NCBI GenBank assembly: GCA_965223665.1
Contig: OZ245011.1
Coordinates: 1,856,001 to 1,920,000 of the forward strand
Length of the DNA: 64,000 nt
From: Nitrospinaceae bacterium
GTDB lineage: Bacteria > Nitrospinota > Nitrospinia > Nitrospinales > Nitrospinaceae
Direction of reading: 5' to 3'
Part shown: one piece after another, positions 47,069 to 56,402 of the stretch
Layout of the letters: the number at the start of each line of letters is the position of its first letter
Numbering within the stretch: position 1 is the stretch's first letter
Notes under the pieces: model-generated
Databases searched by the model: none
What the model saw: the letters and a program-made list of their open reading frames with translations, nothing else
What the model was told of the DNA's origin: nothing
Translations under genes and position numbers: made by a program

Positions 47069-48217
47069 ATGAAAAAAATATTCTTTATTTTATCTATCTG
47101 TATATTCGTTTTCAGCCATGAGGCATTCGCGGTTACCGACACCTTTACCAACCCGGAGGACAGTCATGGACGCAGTACGTCACCGACCTCAAATTTCGGA
47201 GCTGGATCCAGTGTGATCGCCGATGGAGTGGCGCAGGACCCGGCAAACAGTTTATACGGTGAAATCGCAGGTATTCTCAAATGGGACATCTCATCCATTC
47301 CCAATACAGCCGCAGTAACCAGTGCATCCATCACCATCAACCTCACCAACAACAGTTCCGGTGATTACAACTTTCTTGAGCAAACCGGAGCCTGGACCGA
47401 GGGCACCGTGACATGGAACGACTTTAATTTCGGCGGCACCGTCTTAGGAACTATTCCGGCATTCGCTTCGGGCAACACGACCATCAATCTTAATGCCAGT
47501 GGGGTGGCTTTGGTTCAGGCCTGGGTCGATGGCTCGACTCCTAACGATGGTCTGCTCGTGCGCACCGGCGGTACCAACAATAGTATTGCATTCGATTCCA
47601 GTGAGTCCGGCGGTTCCCCTGCGGTACTGGAAGTGACATATACCGGCGGAGCTCCCACATTAGAATCCTTACAGGCAGAGATCGATGCATTGAAAGCCAT
47701 ATTAGCCGGAGTGACACGCAACGGAAATAATATTGATTTTGATGGAGTGAATGTTCGAATCCGCAATGGCCTTGGCGCCACCAACGGCAACCCGGCGGAC
47801 CCCAATAGCGAGACCGGTACCAATGTGAATGGGCTTGGCAATTTGATCGTGGGTTACAATGAAAACCATAAAGATTGCACTGGGACCTTTTGTTTTCTGG
47901 ATAAATTAGGATCTCATAATGTAGTGATCGGCCATGGTCAATCCTATACCAGCTATGGGGGGTTGGTGGCAGGTCAGGACAACCTGATATCAGCACCTTA
48001 CGCCAGTGTGAGTGGAGGATTTGAAAATCGGGCTACCGCATTTTTTTCAAGTGTGAGTGGTGGAGGTGACAATGAAGCCAGTGATTCTATGGCGAGTGTA
48101 AGCGGAGGATATGGTAACGAAGCCAGTGGATTTCGATCCACTGTCAGTGGAGGGGCGCACCGATCGGCCACGGATTTTGAGGACTGGGTCGCCGGCAGTT
48201 TAATAGAAGATAATTAA
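47069..48217 (+). CDS. secreted DNRLRE-like + beta-solenoid repeat protein, paralog 4
   Basis: Same architecture; 5 repeats; DWVAGSL. Confidence 0.85.
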   Translation: MKKIFFILSICIFVFSHEAFAVTDTFTNPEDSHGRSTSPTSNFGAGSSVIADGVAQDPANSLYGEIAGILKWDISSIPNTAAVTSASITINLTNNSSGDYNFLEQTGAWTEGTVTWNDFNFGGTVLGTIPAFASGNTTINLNASGVALVQAWVDGSTPNDGLLVRTGGTNNSIAFDSSESGGSPAVLEVTYTGGAPTLESLQAEIDALKAILAGVTRNGNNIDFDGVNVRIRNGLGATNGNPADPNSETGTNVNGLGNLIVGYNENHKDCTGTFCFLDKLGSHNVVIGHGQSYTSYGGLVAGQDNLISAPYASVSGGFENRATAFFSSVSGGGDNEASDSMASVSGGYGNEASGFRSTVSGGAHRSATDFEDWVAGSLIEDN

Positions 48218-48231
48218 CCATACGGTATTCA

Positions 48232-48266
48232 GCAGACTCCGGTTTTTCCGGGGTCTGCCTATTTTT
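48232..48266 (+). terminator. intrinsic terminator
   Basis: GCAGACTCCGG/CCGGGGTCTGC plus T-rich tail. Confidence 0.75.
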
Positions 48267-48300
48267 GAAAATGAAATTTATATTTTTATTTAATAAATTT

Positions 48301-48834
48301 TCAGGGAAATAAAAATTCTTTTTGGACTTCCAATTCCTGTTGCGTGATTTCTTCCAGCATTTTTGGGTTATCGGCTTCGAGGGCTTTCCAACCCTTATAA
48401 TATTTTCTCAGATAAGATTTTCTATTATTTGAAAACAATCGACCCATTTCTTCTTCTGCAAAGTCGAGCATGATTTCAAATTTGATTTCATCCACTCGAA
48501 AACTGTATTCCGCATTTAAGGCCTGATATTCTTCAGGGGAATTAGGGTTACCTATTTCAAAAGTTTTTCCCTCTTCCATTCCCGCTTCTTTTTTAATAGC
48601 AATAATCTTCTTGTTTATTTCCTGTAATTCATTATCTTCCTGAACTTCATTTATTTTATAATCGGAGAGCTTTTCTAACGCGAGGGCGATTCCATAGAAA
48701 ATTAAATTGTGATAATCGGGAGCCATGGAAAAACTCCTCATTCTTTGAAGTTTTCGAATCAGTTCCGACAACTTTTCAATTTCTTTACCCTGACAACTCT
48801 GGACATTTCTAATTAATGGAATGATATTTTCCAT
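48301..48834 (-). CDS. hypothetical helical protein
   Basis: 177-aa ORF with no recognisable motif. Confidence 0.65.
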   Translation of the reverse strand: MENIIPLIRNVQSCQGKEIEKLSELIRKLQRMRSFSMAPDYHNLIFYGIALALEKLSDYKINEVQEDNELQEINKKIIAIKKEAGMEEGKTFEIGNPNSPEEYQALNAEYSFRVDEIKFEIMLDFAEEEMGRLFSNNRKSYLRKYYKGWKALEADNPKMLEEITQQELEVQKEFLFP

Positions 48835-49438
48835 GAGGAGTTTCCTAAAATTAATCAGAATATTTAAAATTCAGCCACATTAAAAAGGAATTAGCAAAGA
48901 GATGCAAGAGTAAGTTTAAAAGGTAAATCCCATAAACAAATCACAGCAATCCTGGCATGAAACCTGTAAGCTAATGGAAAACTGGAGGAAGAATAATGGA
49001 AAACACTATTTTTTATATCCTGGTCTCTTCAATGATTCTTAATTTTTTTGTGCTGGGGATTTCGATAAACCGACCGAACTCATTTTATCCCGTAGCTTTG
49101 TGTGCGCTCTCCATAGGATTGCAGGGTTTTGCCTTACGGTTAGTCGCTATGAGTTCTATCAGTTAAACCAGATTGACTGGCCAAAACTTCTTTTCTTTAA
49201 ATACTTTTATTTTATGGCAAGACCCGGTTAAAGTTCTAACTGGTTTTTAAATAAGGACATTTTTACTAATTTCTTCCTGGATTGAGTGTTGTGTCCGTTG
49301 GGTAATTTGACAGAATAAGTAATTGGGACTATGTTTTTGAGACACGATTGTTTTTTACCTGAGTAAAGCACTTTAATTTAGTGTGACCTTTAGATTTTCA
49401 AAGCTACTAAATCTAATCATTTGGAGGAGGAACAGTTT

Positions 49439-49861
49439 ATGTCTATCATAGAAAATGTTTCAGGCACCCATGGAAAGATTTTAGTTATTGATGACGAGGA
49501 AGATGTAAGAGATATTGTGAAACTTCAATTGGAAGAATCCGGCTATCAAGTTATTACGGCCAAGGATGGAGAAGAAGGGATCAACCTTTTAAAACAGGGG
49601 TCCAATTTGGTGCAGGTTGGGTTGATCATTTGTGATATTCGCATGCCTAAAGTGAATGGAATTGAGGCGATTGAATACATAAAAGAAAATGCACCCTCCA
49701 AACCCATTATGGTACTCACCGGATACCCGGACACCAATTTAGCTGTATCTCTTATAAAAAAAGGCGTTAAAGAATATGTCGTCAAGCCCGTTGATAAAGA
49801 TGTATTGTTGGAAAAAGTGAAAACAATTCTTTCCTCCAAACAGGACTTTGATTATGCTTAG
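49439..49861 (+). CDS. single-domain response regulator (REC)
   Basis: VIDDE, ICDIRMP, LTG, VVKP; GGAGGAGG RBS before ATG 49439. Confidence 0.92.
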   Translation: MSIIENVSGTHGKILVIDDEEDVRDIVKLQLEESGYQVITAKDGEEGINLLKQGSNLVQVGLIICDIRMPKVNGIEAIEYIKENAPSKPIMVLTGYPDTNLAVSLIKKGVKEYVVKPVDKDVLLEKVKTILSSKQDFDYA

Positions 49862-50092
49862 ACATTAAAAAACATGTTATTTTTGCAAAGATTATAGTTC
49901 CGGGTTTTATCTTAATAATCCAAGAGAGTAGCTTTTACTGACTTACAACGGTGGAGAAATTTAATGACAACCCGGGTTCCGTTTGTTTGAAGAAAATTAA
50001 ATTTTAATGTGAAGGCAATTTCAAAAATCCTATAGTCTCGAACAAAATATTTCAGGCTAAGATTAGTGAAGTAAAAATCTCAGACGGCAATC

Positions 50093-50131
50093 ACCCCGAA
50101 AGTCAGCAGGCTTTCGGGGTTTTTCTTTTTT
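50093..50131 (+). terminator. intrinsic terminator
   Basis: ACCCCGAAAG/CTTTCGGGGT plus T run. Confidence 0.8.
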
Positions 50132-50556
50132 CCTCTCGCCCAAACACAATAATTTTATCCTATTCAGGATAATTAATTAGAAACTCTCTATGAAAAGGCT
50201 TGGACTCACCTTATTTTAGTTGCTTATATTTTTATAGTCGGCGAAACGGATTGAAATTTGGTGGGAAGAGTCTATAATTTTCTCGTTATTTGTCGAGATA
50301 TTTATTTCAAACCAAATCATAATTTAAAATCTCTTCTATATAAGAAATATTTTTCAAACATAAATCTTTTTGAGAGGAAGTTCTCAACTTTTGAGTTCTA
50401 AGTTTTCATTGCTTCATTTTTCTCGTAATCATCCTCTCATTGAAATTTAAATTACAAGAGGGGCGCCATGAAAAAATTAATTTTCATTCTTCATTGCTTC
50501 AACAATTTTGTAGCCATTGGTTCTTCCCTCCACGCAGTCAGCGGGAAGGAAAATAA

Positions 50557-52140
50557 GTGACAGCCATTGAAAAAGATCCTGACATAAACTCGCCCGTCGG
50601 CAGGAACAGAACGCTATCATTAAAAGGCCTGGCTCTTCTGCTGTTTGCCGCAAACTTTGGGGTACGGGCACTGGCGGCTACCACCTCCCCCATCTTATAT
50701 AAAGAAGCCTACTTTTGGGAATGGTCCCGCTTCCCGTCGTTAGGCTACCTGGAGCACCCGCCGCTGGTCGCCTGGATCCTTTGGGCCTGTCGTGCGATTT
50801 TTCCGGACCGAGCCTTGTTGACCGTTCGCTACGGCGCACTGATCCTGGGCACGCTTTCGTTCGTGGTGATTTGGATGCTGGCCAGACGCCTCTTTCAAAA
50901 CGAAGACGCGGCTCCGCGAGCCATGCTGGTGGCCCTGGCGCTCCCTATTCTGACAGCGGTCGGCTTCCTGATGTTACCGGACGCGCCGCTACTTCTATTC
51001 CATCTGTTAGCCACCTTATTTTTCGTTCGTGCCCTGGAGACAGGTTCGAAGACCGACTGGGCGTTGACCGGATTGACGCTGGGGCTGGCACTGCTCAGCA
51101 AATTCATGGCAGTCCTCACCGTTGCTTCGTTTGTGGTGTTCCTTTTTGCCAGCCGATCCCACCGTCACTGGCTGTTTCGGCGGGAGCCTTACGCCACGCT
51201 GGGCTTGGCCCTGGCGGTTTGGTCGCCGTTTCTGTGGTGGAACTTTCAAAACGAGTGGGCAAGCTTTGCGTTTCAATTGGGATATCGACACCTGGGAAAT
51301 TTCGGTTTTGAGTTTAAACGTATTGGCGAATATCTCTTTGAACAATTTACGGTGGGAGTGCTATTGATAGTCCCGATTGTAGCGTCTCTGTTCGTCAGTT
51401 CATTGCGCTTTCCGGAAGCGTGGCGGCCTGCGGTTCTGCTCCTGAAGTGCCAGATGGCGACGGTGCTTGGATTCTTTCTGTTTACCGGTTCTTTCAGCGA
51501 AACCCATCCGCATTGGACGGTACTGGCCTATCCATCAGCTGCGTTACTTCTGGCCGGGATCTGGTCGTCCCAACCCCACTCCTGGATCGCGCGTGCCACA
51601 CGCCCTATGGCAGCTATCATGATCGGGGCGATATTACTAACCGGTCTCCTTTCCGTTCCGGCCCTAAGTATCCTGAAAGTCATTCAACCGGAAACGTTGG
51701 GCAAACGGTGGGGAAAAAAGATAGCCACCGCCCAGGCCAGAACTTTCGGATGGAACGACCTGGTGCAAAAAATTCAGAAACTCACCGCGGACCTGCCGGC
51801 AGGTAACAAGACTCGCATCTTCGGGGAAGGCTACCGCGAGCTCAGTACGCTCTCCTTCCATTGGGAGGGTGAACCCATTGTGAACCTGGATGCATTCAAA
51901 ACCCACGGCAGGCACATGGGCGAAGCGCAGTGGTTATATCTCCCGCGCAAAGATCTGTGCGAGAAGGAGGGAGTTTTCATTACTCGTGACTTAAAGATGG
52001 AAGCACCGCAACTCATGCATTACTTCCGTTCAGTGGAACCTCTCGCCTCCTTGACCAAAGAAAAAGGCGGCGTTGAAGTGAGCCGCTACCGAGCTTTCCG
52101 GGTGGGAGGACTGCGTGAGGAACTCTTGCAGGGAGAATGA
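50557..52140 (+). CDS. ArnT/PMT-like (GT-C) membrane glycosyltransferase
   Basis: EAYFWEWS, GYLEHPPL, PDAPL, GLALLSK, P.LWWN; many TM helices. Confidence 0.88.
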   Translation: MTAIEKDPDINSPVGRNRTLSLKGLALLLFAANFGVRALAATTSPILYKEAYFWEWSRFPSLGYLEHPPLVAWILWACRAIFPDRALLTVRYGALILGTLSFVVIWMLARRLFQNEDAAPRAMLVALALPILTAVGFLMLPDAPLLLFHLLATLFFVRALETGSKTDWALTGLTLGLALLSKFMAVLTVASFVVFLFASRSHRHWLFRREPYATLGLALAVWSPFLWWNFQNEWASFAFQLGYRHLGNFGFEFKRIGEYLFEQFTVGVLLIVPIVASLFVSSLRFPEAWRPAVLLLKCQMATVLGFFLFTGSFSETHPHWTVLAYPSAALLLAGIWSSQPHSWIARATRPMAAIMIGAILLTGLLSVPALSILKVIQPETLGKRWGKKIATAQARTFGWNDLVQKIQKLTADLPAGNKTRIFGEGYRELSTLSFHWEGEPIVNLDAFKTHGRHMGEAQWLYLPRKDLCEKEGVFITRDLKMEAPQLMHYFRSVEPLASLTKEKGGVEVSRYRAFRVGGLREELLQGE

Positions 52141-52301
52141 ATTACACATAGTAATTTTCGTCAAAGACCCATCCGTGGCCGGTGGATCCCTGAATTTGCA
52201 ATTTGAACTTCTTAGCGTTTATCTTTTGTTCGTCTACCGGTCGCTCCTTAAACCATCGCAACTTTTAGTCCAGGACTTTTAAATTTAGAAAAATTAATTT
52301 T

Positions 52302-52781
52302 TTATTCTTCCTCCCGCTCCAAAACCTTCCCATCTTCGGAGATTTTAACTTCGTGATCTTTTCCTCCTTTTTCAAATTCGACTTCATAAAAAGTCTTATC
52401 ACCCTCAGTTTCCAGAGCCAGTTCCTTGATTTCTCCGCCTGCACTTTCGGTTTCCACGGTTTTTCTAACAGGGGCAGGTAAATCCTCCATATTCAAAATT
52501 TTTTCCATTTCCAAAATCTTTCCAGTGTCATCGACTTCCAGTTCGTGTTGCCTGCCGTCTTTGTCGTATTCCACTTTATAGAAATGCTTCTCGTCTTCTT
52601 TTTCGCAGGTAATTTTTTTAACCGTACCGCCTGCCGTATGCTGTTGTATCACTTTCTGAGCCGCGGCAGGCACGTCTTCGAATTTCACTTCTTTGGATAA
52701 CAATGCACAGCCACTTAACAGGATGGCTGCCACCAACAATGCTTTTGGGAAAATCCATTTTATGCGAACCATAATTTTCAC
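52302..52781 (-). CDS. PepSY-like repeat lipoprotein
   Basis: Lipobox LLSGC; two repeats (V/L)PA......YxVE...G...E..(V/I)...GK(I/V)LE. Confidence 0.8.
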   Translation of the reverse strand: MKIMVRIKWIFPKALLVAAILLSGCALLSKEVKFEDVPAAAQKVIQQHTAGGTVKKITCEKEDEKHFYKVEYDKDGRQHELEVDDTGKILEMEKILNMEDLPAPVRKTVETESAGGEIKELALETEGDKTFYEVEFEKGGKDHEVKISEDGKVLEREEE

Positions 52782-52991
52782 CTGTGATGAGTTAATAAAA
52801 GCGGATATTTATTTATATTATCATTTAATCCGCCGGACCTCTTCCCCAAGTTTCGACGGAGTTAAACTTTGCGCTCCAGTGGTTTTGCAGATTCGGTATT
52901 CTTGAATGCGGTCTCCGTTTTTCCGGGATCTGGCCGGGTTGCTGAGGGATGCTCATGATAAACAATCTTTTTTGATCGATTTATCATTCGT

Positions 52992-54191
52992 CTAATTTCC
53001 ACAGGTCACCCATATTTCCGGTTGGCCTGAAAGGTCCTTAAATTCCGGTGCACGTTTGGCATCGGAAGTGTACATGGCTCTGCCTCCGTAGTGCACTTCC
53101 TGCCCGTCCACAGTGATCGTTCCTCCACGGCTCCTGGCCATGGGGTAACGCATGGCGTTGACCTTATCATTCACCTGGTCCAATTCATCCATTTTCTGTT
53201 GCAGGACTTTTTGAAATTCGTCCGGCGGCAAAGAATTGAACTTTTTATCAGGATACTTTTCCTGAACCGCTTTGGTCTCTTTTGCCGCCCAATGGTTCAC
53301 CTTGTCTTCAAGTTGTTTTTGAATAATATAGGGTGGCAGAGTGCGTTGTTCCGGGGTCAGTTCCCCCAGGAGCAAGTCCACCGTGTGAAAATATTGTTTT
53401 TGTTTGACGGGATGACTTTTGCTGAGAAAGAGGATTGCCGGGCGGCCTCGAAATGTTCCCGTCCCTGTGGCATCGAATTCGACAATCAAGTTACCGGTGC
53501 GGTATTCTTTGGTTGAACAATAATCGGTCTGAAATGTATGCGTCTTATTACCCAATTTCAGGGTCAGAACATTAGCGGAAGATTGTGGGTTGGACTGAGA
53601 CGCTTGAGCAAAATCCATCATTTCTTTGCCGCAGGTGAGATGAAAGTTCATGGGAACTTTTCCGATATGGTCTTCCACCATTCCTTTCCAATCTAAATTC
53701 CTGCCGGTCATTAACAAGGTGGGATTACTCACTTCAAAGTGAGATCTCTTACCAAAGTGAAATTGAATATTGCCTCTCGCATGCCCCCCGCTTATTGTTA
53801 ATCGGGCATTATCAAATCCCGGAGCCTGATCGGCTTGAATCAACAAGTGCCCTGTGTTTCTATCGTTAATTTCACAACGAATGACTTTCAGATGGAACAG
53901 CATCCCATCCAAATCCACCCGAGCTTCCCCATGGCCGGCCATCTCTTCTTCAAACCTTTGTTGTGCTCTTCTCAATTTAGCATCTTTTCGTCGGCGGTCC
54001 TTTTCTATCTGACCTCTCATCATATTTTCAATTCCTTCCAGTTGTTTTGAGTCTATCCCTTGCTGTTTCAACATATCAAAAACTTTATCCATCTCCTGTT
54101 GTTGGGATTTGGGCCCTCCTTCCACAGGAACCTGCCCGGTCAAAGCAATCAGAAATACAACTGGAATCCAGACCTTATATTTTAACGACAT
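52992..54191 (-). CDS. exported hypothetical protein
   Basis: GGAGG RBS, signal-like N-terminus, no known motif. Confidence 0.7.
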   Translation of the reverse strand: MSLKYKVWIPVVFLIALTGQVPVEGGPKSQQQEMDKVFDMLKQQGIDSKQLEGIENMMRGQIEKDRRRKDAKLRRAQQRFEEEMAGHGEARVDLDGMLFHLKVIRCEINDRNTGHLLIQADQAPGFDNARLTISGGHARGNIQFHFGKRSHFEVSNPTLLMTGRNLDWKGMVEDHIGKVPMNFHLTCGKEMMDFAQASQSNPQSSANVLTLKLGNKTHTFQTDYCSTKEYRTGNLIVEFDATGTGTFRGRPAILFLSKSHPVKQKQYFHTVDLLLGELTPEQRTLPPYIIQKQLEDKVNHWAAKETKAVQEKYPDKKFNSLPPDEFQKVLQQKMDELDQVNDKVNAMRYPMARSRGGTITVDGQEVHYGGRAMYTSDAKRAPEFKDLSGQPEIWVTCGN

Positions 54192-54482
54192 AAATCCTCC
54201 CTTGTTTTTCATGGAATTGCGGGCTCACATTACTGAAACCCCCAATGGTGACTCTATTTCGCCTGCTACTGGAATTAGGTAGTTATGATACCAGAATCCA
54301 TTATCTCACTCACGCAATTAAGGATAGTTAAATGAGTTGGGTTATTATCCTTCAAAGAATATTCTGAACAAGGTCTACAGGCTGATTTTCACAAAGCCTG
54401 CATTTGGAAATTCTACCGTTGCCTTTTTTGAAAATAATTAAAGGATATTTTTTTCTGAAAATTGACGGGGGGGAAATTAAGA

Positions 54483-54509
54483 AACCAGAGGTTATTTTAA
54501 CCTCTGGTT
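54483..54509. terminator. hairpin terminator downstream of cytochrome c gene
   Basis: AACCAGAGGTTA-TTT-TAACCTCTGGTT perfect stem. Confidence 0.7.
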
Positions 54510-54552
54510 CCTTTCTTCAAAAGGTTAGAAAAATATGATTTTTTTAAGGTTT

Positions 54553-55221
54553 CTATTTATAGCAATCACGAATTCTGACTGCGATCAATGCCGTCTTCGC
54601 TTCTTCACCCTTTCCTTTGATCGAAACGTGGGTTCTCATTAGTTTTCTTCGAGTTTTTCTAAAATAACCCAATACATTTTTATCTTGAGGTTGAATGATC
54701 ACCTGGTCTCCTGCGGCAGCCACATTTACATACTGTGCGCGATCAACTGTAATTTGAGGTTTTCCCTCAAGATATAAATTGTTTAAATCGACTTTTCTTT
54801 GTTCATTAAAACAAACCGTCATTGTCATCTGGCTATCGGCCAGGAATGTTTTAATATAGGAGATCACATCAAAAATCTGTTCGTCTGATAACTCCCATGA
54901 AGGCATGGCAGTGCCAGGAATTCCATTTCGAATAGAATGGTACATGGACATATCAGAAATACGACTCATTTGCTCGAAACTTGTAAAATCTCTGGGTCTT
55001 GGCGATAAACCGTCAGCCATAAACCCATCGCCACCCCCCTGATAACCGTGACACATGGCGCATCCCATTTCCTCATAAATAATTTGTCCGGAAGACTCCT
55101 GCAAGGGCTGGGGTAATACATTGGTTTTACCTTTCGTATGCGGGTGGGCAAAACTACTTAAAGGAAACCATAAAGTCACAATTAAAATAAACCAGAATTT
55201 CTTCATTTGATCTGTCCTCAT
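54553..55221 (-). CDS. periplasmic monoheme cytochrome c with C-terminal beta extension
   Basis: Signal peptide, CAMCHG, PRPRDFT, GIPGTAMP distal Met. Confidence 0.9.
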   Translation of the reverse strand: MRTDQMKKFWFILIVTLWFPLSSFAHPHTKGKTNVLPQPLQESSGQIIYEEMGCAMCHGYQGGGDGFMADGLSPRPRDFTSFEQMSRISDMSMYHSIRNGIPGTAMPSWELSDEQIFDVISYIKTFLADSQMTMTVCFNEQRKVDLNNLYLEGKPQITVDRAQYVNVAAAGDQVIIQPQDKNVLGYFRKTRRKLMRTHVSIKGKGEEAKTALIAVRIRDCYK

Positions 55222-55528
55222 CCTTAAATGTTTTTCCTCTCTGGATCCAAAGTTTCTTAGAGGAAGGGTACCAATAATATATTTGCAAAATATCAGATTG
55301 GGAATAGCAGGCTGTAAGTAGGCCTAAAAATCAAAACAAATTTTTAAAGGGGTTTATGATTTTAAGAGGGGTTCCATATTTTATATTAAAGGATACCTTT
55401 TTGAATTCAAGGTTTATCCGAGCCTGAGGTGATATACGGCTGAATTTAAAATTTAAATGCTTTGATTTTTGCAGGGTTTTCCTTTTTGATAACCCTGGAT
55501 GGGTTTTGGAGGGTCTCTTCACAGAAAG

Positions 55529-56278
55529 CTAAAACAAGAACAGGAATGCCGTACCTACGACATGGGCCTTAAACAATTCGTTTCCTTCGATGGTCCAATA
55601 CATATAGTACAAACTAAAATTGACACCTTGAACGACCTCTGTCGTGACTCCCGCTTTGGCCCGGTTCTGATTAAAATCGTTTGGCTCGGAATCGTAAAAA
55701 AATTCGTTTGAAACATAAATATCAAAATTGCAATATTCGTATTCAATTTTTCTTTTTATTTGAATTCGTTCCCGCAGTCGCAAACTATTCTCACCATCAA
55801 TATTTCTAAGTTCGAGACGGTTTCTAAGTTCGAATTGAAACCCAGCCCATTCCCCTTTTAAAAAGGGAATAATTTCTATTCGATGTTCGGTGGTTAATTC
55901 GTTCAGCAGTTTTAACCTTTGAAATCTATAATTCATTTCAAAGTCCACATGCTTAAACCAATTATATTTGGCTCCCGCAGTAAAATTGTATAACCCCAAC
56001 CGGCTCACATCACTCAGAAACCATTGTTCGGTTTTTAAATGAACCGCAAGTTTTTCATTCAATCGATGCTTAAAACCAACCTCATTCCAATACGCCGTAT
56101 CCGTCTCTAGCGTCTCCCCGCGGTTAACGATCCCCAGAATCAGAAAACCTGCCAGAAAACAAATCAGCAAACAAAACCTGCAAATAAATTTCAAAATACT
56201 TACACCCCTCAGGAAAGTGGTCCGCCTCCATAGCTGCCGCATTATATACAAATGTGGAGCCAAGGGCGACCATACCAC
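55529..56278 (-). CDS. DUF2490-like outer-membrane beta-barrel protein (true start probably downstream)
   Basis: EHR, RNRLELR, RLRER, SNEFF, QNR..AG motifs; C-terminal Phe. Confidence 0.75.
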   Translation of the reverse strand: MVWSPLAPHLYIMRQLWRRTTFLRGVSILKFICRFCLLICFLAGFLILGIVNRGETLETDTAYWNEVGFKHRLNEKLAVHLKTEQWFLSDVSRLGLYNFTAGAKYNWFKHVDFEMNYRFQRLKLLNELTTEHRIEIIPFLKGEWAGFQFELRNRLELRNIDGENSLRLRERIQIKRKIEYEYCNFDIYVSNEFFYDSEPNDFNQNRAKAGVTTEVVQGVNFSLYYMYWTIEGNELFKAHVVGTAFLFLF

Positions 56279-56376
56279 AGATGACCCGCGCCGGGTTCTT
56301 CCTCAACTTCATCGGGGCCGCCCTGATTACGGGAGTCATCCTGCTCGTGATTCCCTATTTGTTTTTTTTAGGTTAA
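56269..56376 (+). pseudogene. C-terminal remnant of a DASS/SLC13 transporter
   Basis: Encodes TIPQMTRAGFFLNFIGAALITGVILLVIPYLFFLG*, resembling the typical DASS C-terminus; no upstream body. Confidence 0.65.
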
Positions 56377-56402
56377 ATCGAGGTTTGCTTTGATGTTCAA
56401 AA

